Positions 1 to 6,717 of a stretch of 44,656 nt of DNA are shown here, in pieces. The stretch's first letter is position 1. Each line of letters begins with the position of its first letter. The translations under genes and the position numbers were made by a program. The stretch comes from Escherichia phage vB_EcoM_SHAK7163: sequence record OR594179; one strand, 5' to 3'. A model generated the notes under the pieces. The model ran no database searches. It saw only the letters and a list, made by a program, of their open reading frames with translations, and was not told where the DNA came from.

Positions 1-332
1 CCTAGGTTATAGCTTAGTAGACTACCTAGGTTGTACTTAGTTGGGTGGCTTAGTAACAGCTTAGTAATGTACCTTAGTTAGTCTTAGTGTCAGACCTCAG
101 TGATTGCACATGCAAGCATGTAAGATGCTAATAGGTCGCGGTCGGTAGACCGCTAAGAAGAAGTAATAGTAATAAGATGCAGTAGGAGGAACACCAGAAA
201 CCTAGCCAACCTAGCCTATCCTAGCTCTGTATCTCTTGCTTCTTCCTTAGTCTCACATGTTAGACAACCTAGGTTTACCTTAGTAGTTGTGACATGTATC
301 ACATAAATAATCTATCTTAGTGAAACTTAGTG

Positions 333-361
333 TTGACACAGGCAATCAACAAGTATACATT
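333..361 (+). promoter_or_regulatory. candidate host sigma70-type early promoter (TTGACA-N17-TACATT)
   Basis: TTGACA at 333-338, 17-bp spacer, TACATT at 356-361, upstream of the first early ORFs; T7-like phages start infection from host-RNAP promoters at the left end. Confidence 0.4.
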
Positions 362-510
362 AGCAATCACTGAGACGGACCTAGCAAGCTGTCTCAGGTT
401 ATAAGCAGGAGAATTGATGCGTAAGCCATAGCTAGTGGATGTAGTCGCATGAAGGCTTGAGTAAGGGCCGTTTAATACCTTCTTCCTCTGGAGACAACGC
501 TTATAACACC

Positions 511-526
511 GCTCTTTAACAATCTG
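511..526 (+). repeat. conserved early-intergenic motif GCTCTTTAACAATCTG, copy 1 of 4 (candidate RNase III processing site)
   Basis: Near-identical 16-17 nt motif present once in each of four consecutive early intergenic regions, each flanked by complementary arms. Confidence 0.4.
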
Positions 527-581
527 CTTAGTGTAACCTATGTATGCCGTGGTTAATTACTTATTGAATGAGGTATTAACT

Positions 582-713
582 ATGAGTTTAGCAACGCTGA
601 GTTATGAAGAAATGTATGCAGCCTACTACAACGCATTAGATGAAGGAGAAGAAGCATTGACCTTCGCTGAGTTTATGGAGGCTTTATGGAGTTTCTATCA
701 TGACTCTAAATAA
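582..713 (+). CDS. hypothetical early protein (43 aa)
   Basis: ATG preceded by GAGGT SD-like sequence; below the 60-aa cutoff of the ORF track; acidic small protein. Confidence 0.35.
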   Translation: MSLATLSYEEMYAAYYNALDEGEEALTFAEFMEALWSFYHDSK

Positions 714-876
714 CCGTGAACTATCCGTTCTCTTCACTCTGTTATGTTACATGATTCGTAATAACGAATTACTTACAGATGACGAGATGGCACTATATCA
801 CCGCTTTCTTAACGAAGGTTGGACAGATACAGTTAACCAGAAACGTGACTTGATGAAGGAGTTAGGCAATGTATAA
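700..876 (+). CDS. hypothetical early protein (58 aa)
   Basis: ORF overlapping neighbours by a few codons, typical of packed T7-like early regions; weak SD. Confidence 0.3.
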   Translation: MTLNNRELSVLFTLLCYMIRNNELLTDDEMALYHRFLNEGWTDTVNQKRDLMKELGNV

Positions 877-1078
877 GCATGAGATTTACACGGCTTGCAA
901 TAAATCGGCTAAGGTTATCATTGAGATGTACAAGGCAGAATGTCAGGCGTACAACCTCAATGATGGTACCGAGATGTTTTATCTTCAGTTTGAAAGCAAG
1001 TTATCTCACAAACGAGTGATTAGCAGTCTTAATCAACACTCTTTAGATTGGGAAGAAGTGAACAGCAATAAACTTTAA
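869..1078 (+). CDS. hypothetical early protein (69 aa)
   Basis: ORF with AGGAG SD 7 nt upstream. Confidence 0.5.
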   Translation: MYKHEIYTACNKSAKVIIEMYKAECQAYNLNDGTEMFYLQFESKLSHKRVISSLNQHSLDWEEVNSNKL

Positions 1079-1148
1079 ATTAACTATTGACAGCCACGGC
1101 ATACAAGGTTACATTAAGCATCAAGACGGCGACGTCTTTAAACATCCC

Positions 1149-1165
1149 GCTCTTTAACAATCTGG
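1149..1165 (+). repeat. conserved early-intergenic motif, copy 2 of 4
   Basis: GCTCTTTAACAATCTGG; preceded by hairpin AAGACG-GCGA-CGTCTT. Confidence 0.4.
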
Positions 1166-1204
1166 CTAGTGCCTTGGTAGGCTAACTACTTACTAAGGTG
1201 AACT

Positions 1205-1417
1205 ATGAACTACTGCGACATCGCTCACGAATTACGCATGGAACGTGAGAAACAAGAAAGGCGTATTATCAAGAAGATGGCTGTACTGCTTGCACACTAT
1301 AAGGCAGACAAACAGCCAACACATGATGAGTTCGTTGACTTCTGTAACATGTATCTTAATGTGAGTAAGGCCACTGGTTACAGATGGCTTAAAGCACTGA
1401 ATGATGGAGAATTGTAG
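1205..1417 (+). CDS. hypothetical early protein (70 aa)
   Basis: ORF with AAGGTG SD; follows conserved intergenic motif. Confidence 0.5.
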   Translation: MNYCDIAHELRMEREKQERRIIKKMAVLLAHYKADKQPTHDEFVDFCNMYLNVSKATGYRWLKALNDGEL

Positions 1418-1460
1418 TAATAAGCCAGCTTAATAGCTGGCCTATCAAGGCACTAACCTA

Positions 1461-1477
1461 GCTCTTTAACAATCTGG
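1461..1477 (+). repeat. conserved early-intergenic motif, copy 3 of 4
   Basis: GCTCTTTAACAATCTGG lying in the loop between complementary arms CCTATCAAGGCAC and GTGTCTTGATAGG. Confidence 0.45.
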
Positions 1478-1516
1478 TTTGTGTCTTGATAGGCTTACTA
1501 ACAAAGGTGAACTATC

Positions 1517-1681
1517 ATGACTAACGCACAACGTAAACGCTATGATGCATTGCAAGAGAAACTTGCTGTTGCTTATGCCGCTTGGCAAGCTAACACAGAC
1601 AAGAGCAAACACGATAAACTTTATAGTAAAGTGGTTGCAATTAATGCTAAAATAGATAAACTTGTGAATAGTATCTTATAA
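1517..1681 (+). CDS. hypothetical early protein (54 aa)
   Basis: ATG after AAAGGTG SD; below ORF-track cutoff. Confidence 0.4.
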   Translation: MTNAQRKRYDALQEKLAVAYAAWQANTDKSKHDKLYSKVVAINAKIDKLVNSIL

Positions 1682-1723
1682 GATAGTTGCTGGCACTAGC
1701 CAGCCTATCAAGGCACAAGCCAC

Positions 1724-1740
1724 GCTCTTTAACAATATGG
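1724..1740 (+). repeat. conserved early-intergenic motif, copy 4 of 4
   Basis: GCTCTTTAACAATATGG preceded by hairpin GCTGGC-ACTA-GCCAGC and arm CCTATCAAGGCAC. Confidence 0.4.
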
Positions 1741-1830
1741 GTAGTCGCTTCTTAGTCTGGATAGGTTAAACCTAGGGTGTTCTTTTGAGTGCCCTATAAT
1801 GTAACCTAACTAACTAATGAGGATTAAATC

Positions 1831-2160
1831 ATGGAACGTAACGCTAACGCTTACTACAACCTTCTGGCTGCAACTGTTGAAGCATTCAACGAGCGCATCA
1901 AGTACGATGAGATTCGTGAAGATGATGATTACTCTGATGCACTGCATGAGGTTGTAGATAGCATGGTGCCAGTTTATTACAGCGAAATCTTTACTGTGAT
2001 GGCTGCTGATGGCATTGATGTTGATTTTGAAGATGCTGGTTTGATTCCTGATACGAAGGATGTAACCAAGATTCTACAAGCTCGCATCTATGAAGCTCTT
2101 TATAATGATGTACCAAATGACAGCGATGTAGTTTGGTATGAAGGCGAAGAAGAGGAATAA
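1831..2160 (+). CDS. ocr: Ocr-like anti-restriction protein (T7 gene 0.3 homolog, DNA mimic)
   Basis: 109 aa; IKYDEIREDDDYSDALHE...YYSEIFTVMAADGIDVDFEDAGLIPDTKDVTKILQARIYEAL matches remembered T7 Ocr (IRYDDIRDTDD...PDTKDVIRILQARIYEQL); strongly acidic with EGEEEE terminus. Confidence 0.85.
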   Translation: MERNANAYYNLLAATVEAFNERIKYDEIREDDDYSDALHEVVDSMVPVYYSEIFTVMAADGIDVDFEDAGLIPDTKDVTKILQARIYEALYNDVPNDSDVVWYEGEEEE

Positions 2161-2354
2161 TAAGATGGAAAGGCAATATAACTTCATATTTTCAGACGGT
2201 GTAACCCTGAAATGTTCCTTACGATTTGCGCAGATTCGTGAGGAAGTGCTAGGTACTACATACAAACTATTTAGCTGACACTATAAGAGAAGGCTTAACA
2301 AGGCGTTGCTACGGTAGCGCCTGATTAAACTTTCACTTACTAGGAGTTAAGATT

Positions 2355-2582
2355 ATGGATTTAGATAGCATCATTATGGCGTTTGCTCTTATTGGCTTAA
2401 GCTGGTGCTCCTATCACCTTTACCGTGAGTTCTTATTTGATAAAGCTAAACGCAAACTAAGAAAGGAAGGCGGTAATTACCTTTGTGTAAGAGGTGGGCT
2501 TGTAGAATACATTGCACCTAACGGCACGGAATGCGCCATTAGCAAAGATGTATTTATAGAAACGTGGCATTACATCAAGTAA
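2355..2582 (+). CDS. small early membrane protein (75 aa)
   Basis: Strong SD TAGGAG; hydrophobic N-terminal segment IIMAFALIGLSW. Confidence 0.55.
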   Translation: MDLDSIIMAFALIGLSWCSYHLYREFLFDKAKRKLRKEGGNYLCVRGGLVEYIAPNGTECAISKDVFIETWHYIK

Positions 2583-2646
2583 CTAGCCTATAGCCTGCAT
2601 GTGTGGGCTATGTGATATTTACTTATCACTATATAAGGTGACTATT

Positions 2647-3570
2647 ATGACTACTGAAAACATCCTCCTGTCTGTCCGTGAAGCTGCAACCGCTGAGATT
2701 AAGCAGCATTTGGATAATATCGGTACTTCTTACATCAAAGTTGGCGCTTGTCTGAATGAATTACGCGGTGATTTCGAAGGTCAAAAAGACTTTTTAGCTT
2801 ATGTAGAATCAGAGTTCGGCATCAAGAAAGCACAATGCTACAAGCTGATGAGTGTAGCCCGTGTCTTTGAAGGAGACGAACGCTTTAAAGGTGTGGCTAT
2901 GCGTGTAATGCTGGCGCTTGTTCCTTTCGCTGATGAAAATATAATCATGGAGAAGGCCGCAGAACTCGCCGCAGATGGCAAGCTGGACACTAACGCCGTA
3001 AACGCCCTGATTGATCCTAAGAAAGAGACAAAGACTGAAACGGTACAATCTAAGGCTGAGGCGGTAAAACCGCAGGAGAATGCGAATGAGGCCGCAGAAA
3101 CTATGCAAGGACATGCGACCTTTGAGAATTTCATCTTAGAGAAGGCGAAAGAGGAGTTACAAAGTGTGCCGCCAGTAAGTGAGTCGGGTAACGACGAATC
3201 CGCACCGTGGGATGAGGAAAGCAAGCCGGAAGCGCCAAAGGCAGCGCCGCTGGATAACACGGCTAATACCGAAAACGCCGCTATGGCTAGCCTCTTAGCA
3301 CAAATTAAGGCACTGACTGAGCAATTACAGGCAGCTAATGACCGCATCGCCTCCTTAAGTAGCGCACGCGAAAGCAAGAAGGCAGCCGCACCTATGCTGC
3401 CGCAATTCAAATCTTCCTGCTTCTATGCTCGCTTAGGTTTAAGCGCTGAGGAGGCAACGAAGAAAACAGCAGTTAACAAGGCACGCCGCGAACTGGTTAA
3501 GCTAGGCTATGGTGAAGGCCATGAAGCATGGCCCTTAATCTCTGAGGCAGTAGAAGAGTTGACTAAGTAA
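2647..3570 (+). CDS. hypothetical early protein (307 aa), function unknown
   Basis: ATG with AAGGTG SD (track ORF starts upstream at 2599 without SD); low-complexity A/E/K-rich central region; occupies the slot just before the RNAP gene. Confidence 0.55.
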   Translation: MTTENILLSVREAATAEIKQHLDNIGTSYIKVGACLNELRGDFEGQKDFLAYVESEFGIKKAQCYKLMSVARVFEGDERFKGVAMRVMLALVPFADENIIMEKAAELAADGKLDTNAVNALIDPKKETKTETVQSKAEAVKPQENANEAAETMQGHATFENFILEKAKEELQSVPPVSESGNDESAPWDEESKPEAPKAAPLDNTANTENAAMASLLAQIKALTEQLQAANDRIASLSSARESKKAAAPMLPQFKSSCFYARLGLSAEEATKKTAVNKARRELVKLGYGEGHEAWPLISEAVEELTK

Positions 3571-3633
3571 CCTTATCGGTGGCATCTTCTTAGGTGTCAC
3601 CTATTAAGGTTTCTTTCACTAGGAGTAAACAAG

Positions 3634-6261
3634 ATGCAAGACCTACACGCTATTCAACTTCAACTTGAAGAAGAAATGTTTAACGGCGGTATCCGTCGCT
3701 TTGAAGCGGACCAACAACGCCAGATTGCATCCGGTAATGAATCAGACACGGCATGGAATCGCCGCTTATTGTCCGAACTAATCGCACCTATGGCGGAAGG
3801 TATTCAGGCTTACAAGGAAGAATACGAAGGCAAGAGAGGTCGTGCACCACGTGCATTAGCTTTCATTAACTGCGTAGGAAACGAAGTGGCAGCATATATC
3901 ACCATGAAAATCGTTATGGATATGCTGAACACAGACGTTACCTTACAAGCAATCGCTATGAATGTAGCGGACCGCATCGAAGACCAAGTACGTTTTAGCA
4001 AGCTGGAAGGTCACGCAGCTAAGTACTTTGAGAAAGTGAAGAAGTCACTTAAGGCTAGCAAGACTAAATCTTATCGTCATGCGCACAACGTAGCGGTAGT
4101 AGCTGAGAAATCTGTTGCTGACCGTGACGCGGATTTCTCCCGTTGGGAGGCATGGCCTAAAGACACCTTGCTGCAAATCGGTATGACCTTGCTCGAAATA
4201 TTGGAGAATAGTGTATTCTTCAATGGTCAACCTGTCTTCCTTCGTACCTTGCGCACTAACGGCGGAAAGCATGGTGTTTACTATTTACAGACCAGTGAAC
4301 ATGTTGGAGAGTGGATAACTGCATTTAAGGAACATGTAGCGCAGCTCAGCCCTGCCTATGCACCTTGCGTTATACCTCCCCGCCCTTGGGTATCACCTTT
4401 TAACGGTGGGTTTCATACTGAGAAAGTAGCAAGCCGTATTCGTCTGGTAAAAGGCAATCGTGAGCACGTCCGCAAGCTGACCAAAAAGCAAATGCCAGCC
4501 GTTTATAAGGCTGTTAACGCTTTGCAGGCAACGAAGTGGCAGGTTAATAAAGAGGTTTTACAGGTTGTGGAGGACGTTATACGTCTAGACCTCGGCTATG
4601 GTGTGCCTTCCTTTAAACCACTCATCGACCGTGAGAACAAGCCAGCTAATCCAGTGCCGTTAGAGTTCCAGCACCTGCGAGGCCGTGAACTTAAAGAGAT
4701 GCTAACGCCGGAACAATGGCAAGCCTTCATCAACTGGAAAGGCGAATGTACCAAGCTGTATACCGCTGAAACTAAGCGCGGCAGCAAATCGGCGGCGACC
4801 GTCCGCATGGTTGGGCAGGCACGTAAATACAGCCAGTTTGACGCCATCTACTTCGTGTATGCACTGGACAGCCGCAGCCGCGTCTACGCGCAATCTAGCA
4901 CGCTCTCTCCGCAATCAAACGACTTAGGCAAGGCATTGCTCCGTTTTACCGAAGGGCAGCGCCTTGATAGCGCTGAGGCGCTTAAATGGTTTTTGGTGAA
5001 CGGGGCTAATAACTGGGGTTGGGATAAGAAAACTTTTGACGTGCGCACCGCTAACGTGATGGATAGTGAATTTCAAGACATGTGCCGTGACATTGCAGCG
5101 GATCCGCTAACCTTCACTCAATGGGTAAATGCCGACTCCCCTTACGGCTTCCTTGCATGGTGCTTTGAATATGCGCGTTATCTGGATGCACTGGATGAAG
5201 GCACGCAAGACCAATTCATGACGCACCTCCCAGTCCATCAAGATGGTAGTTGTTCTGGTATACAGCACTACAGTGCTATGCTACGCGATGCAGTAGGTGC
5301 GAAAGCGGTAAACCTTAAGCCCTCTGACTCTCCTCAAGATATTTATGGTGCCGTTGCGCAGGTAGTAATTCAGAAGAATTATGCATACATGAATGCAGAG
5401 GATGCGGAAACCTTCACTTCTGGCAGCGTGACTTTAACAGGTGCGGAACTGCGTAGTATGGCTAGTGCGTGGGATATGATAGGAATCACTCGCGGCCTAA
5501 CCAAAAAGCCCGTAATGACACTACCTTATGGCAGCACACGTCTAACCTGCCGTGAGTCAGTGATTGATTATATCGTTGATTTAGAAGAAAAAGAGGCCCA
5601 ACGGGCTATTGCGGAAGGGCGTACCGCCAATCCTGTACACCCTTTTGATAATGACCGTAAAGACAGCCTTACACCTAGCGCAGCTTATAACTATATGACA
5701 GCTTTAATCTGGCCTTCTATTTCGGAAGTGGTTAAAGCTCCTATAGTGGCAATGAAAATGATTCGTCAGCTTGCCCGTTTCGCAGCTAAAAGGAATGAAG
5801 GCTTAGAGTATACCCTGCCTACTGGCTTCATCTTGCAACAAAAGATTATGGCTACTGATATGCTCCGCGTATCTACTTGCTTGATGGGAGAAATCAAGAT
5901 GAGTCTACAGATTGAAACGGACGTAGTAGATGAAACGGCAATGATGGGCGCTGCTGCTCCTAACTTTGTGCATGGTCATGATGCCAGCCACCTTATCTTA
6001 ACAGTCTGCGACCTTGTTGATAAAGGGATTACATCTATCGCAGTTATTCATGATTCTTTTGGCACTCATGCAGGCCGTACAGCCGACCTTCGTGATAGCT
6101 TAAGGGCAGAAATGGTGAAGATGTATCAAGGCCGTAATGCACTGCAAAGCCTGCTAGATGAGCACGAAGAACGCTGGTTAGTTGATACCGGAATACAAGT
6201 ACCAGAGCAAGGGGAGTTTGACCTTAACGAAATCTTAGTTTCAGACTATTGCTTCGCATAA
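3634..6261 (+). CDS. T7-type single-subunit DNA-dependent RNA polymerase
   Basis: 875 aa; motifs [43 protein letters not shown] and C-terminal ...SDYCFA closely match remembered T7 RNAP ([22 protein letters not shown], ...FAFA). Confidence 0.97.
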   Translation: MQDLHAIQLQLEEEMFNGGIRRFEADQQRQIASGNESDTAWNRRLLSELIAPMAEGIQAYKEEYEGKRGRAPRALAFINCVGNEVAAYITMKIVMDMLNTDVTLQAIAMNVADRIEDQVRFSKLEGHAAKYFEKVKKSLKASKTKSYRHAHNVAVVAEKSVADRDADFSRWEAWPKDTLLQIGMTLLEILENSVFFNGQPVFLRTLRTNGGKHGVYYLQTSEHVGEWITAFKEHVAQLSPAYAPCVIPPRPWVSPFNGGFHTEKVASRIRLVKGNREHVRKLTKKQMPAVYKAVNALQATKWQVNKEVLQVVEDVIRLDLGYGVPSFKPLIDRENKPANPVPLEFQHLRGRELKEMLTPEQWQAFINWKGECTKLYTAETKRGSKSAATVRMVGQARKYSQFDAIYFVYALDSRSRVYAQSSTLSPQSNDLGKALLRFTEGQRLDSAEALKWFLVNGANNWGWDKKTFDVRTANVMDSEFQDMCRDIAADPLTFTQWVNADSPYGFLAWCFEYARYLDALDEGTQDQFMTHLPVHQDGSCSGIQHYSAMLRDAVGAKAVNLKPSDSPQDIYGAVAQVVIQKNYAYMNAEDAETFTSGSVTLTGAELRSMASAWDMIGITRGLTKKPVMTLPYGSTRLTCRESVIDYIVDLEEKEAQRAIAEGRTANPVHPFDNDRKDSLTPSAAYNYMTALIWPSISEVVKAPIVAMKMIRQLARFAAKRNEGLEYTLPTGFILQQKIMATDMLRVSTCLMGEIKMSLQIETDVVDETAMMGAAAPNFVHGHDASHLILTVCDLVDKGITSIAVIHDSFGTHAGRTADLRDSLRAEMVKMYQGRNALQSLLDEHEERWLVDTGIQVPEQGEFDLNEILVSDYCFA

Positions 6262-6269
6262 TATTAATA

Positions 6270-6302
6270 GGCCATTCCTTCGGGAGTGGCCTTTCTTTTA
6301 CC
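6270..6302 (+). terminator. intrinsic terminator after RNAP gene (early terminator)
   Basis: GGCCATTCC-TTCG-GGAGTGGCC hairpin (9-bp stem, UUCG tetraloop) followed by TTTCTTTT. Confidence 0.65.
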
Positions 6303-6333
6303 TACTACCTGTAACATTTCATTAACATAAAGT

Positions 6334-6349
6334 GTCTCACATGTGAGAC
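6334..6349. repeat. 16-bp perfect palindrome GTCTCACATGTGAGAC (copy 1)
   Basis: Exact palindrome 3 bp upstream of promoter at 6352. Confidence 0.9.
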
Positions 6350-6351
6350 TT

Positions 6352-6374
6352 ATTTACCGGACACTATAGGATAG
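6352..6374 (+). promoter_or_regulatory. phage RNAP promoter
   Basis: ATTTACCGGACACTATAGGATAG; matches the window-wide 23-bp consensus; +1 G predicted at 6369. Confidence 0.75.
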
Positions 6375-6516
6375 CCGTCGGAGACGGGAAAGAAAGGGAA
6401 GATAAAAGGATATAAAAGGAAGTAATAGGTATTAAAGGTTATATAGGTTATCTAGGAATACCTATTACCTTCTTCCTTCCTCTTATTACCAATTAGAGGA
6501 AGGGCAGATCTAGGTT

Positions 6517-6532
6517 GTCTCACATGTGAGAC
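6517..6532. repeat. 16-bp perfect palindrome GTCTCACATGTGAGAC (copy 2)
   Basis: Exact palindrome 6 bp upstream of promoter at 6538. Confidence 0.9.
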
Positions 6533-6537
6533 TTCGT

Positions 6538-6560
6538 ATTTACCGGACAGTATAGATAAG
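6538..6560 (+). promoter_or_regulatory. phage RNAP promoter (variant)
   Basis: ATTTACCGGACAGTATAGATAAG; one substitution in the core (CAGTATAG). Confidence 0.55.
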
Positions 6561-6585
6561 ACTAACTTACTTTGGAGATTTAACC

Positions 6586-6714
6586 ATGCGTAACTTTGAG
6601 AAGATGACCCGTAAAGCTAACCGTTTTGACATGGAAGAAGGGCAGAAGAAAGGCAAGAAGCTGAATAAACCTGTCCGTGACCGTGCATCTAAACGCGCTG
6701 CGTGGGAGTTCTAA
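6586..6714 (+). CDS. gp1.1-like small basic protein
   Basis: 42 aa MRNFEKMTRKANRF...KKLNKPVRDRASKRAAWEF resembles remembered T7 gp1.1 (MRNFEKMTKRSNRNARDFE...). Confidence 0.65.
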   Translation: MRNFEKMTRKANRFDMEEGQKKGKKLNKPVRDRASKRAAWEF

Positions 6715-6717
6715 GTT

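Noticed and set aside
2262-2290. Promoter-like sequence TAGCTGACACTATAAGAGAAGG
   Set aside because: Core reads CACTATAAG rather than CACTATAG (no +1 G) and the upstream half diverges; too far from consensus to call.
2599-2646. Upstream ATG start for the 307-aa early gene (track ORF 2599-3570)
   Set aside because: No SD before 2599 whereas ATG 2647 follows AAGGTG; the extension would also run into the intergenic region.
2838-3410. 190-aa minus-strand ORF (and the many other minus-strand ORFs of 60-146 aa in the track)
   Set aside because: All lie antisense to well-supported + strand genes and lack translation signals; most plausibly chance ORFs.
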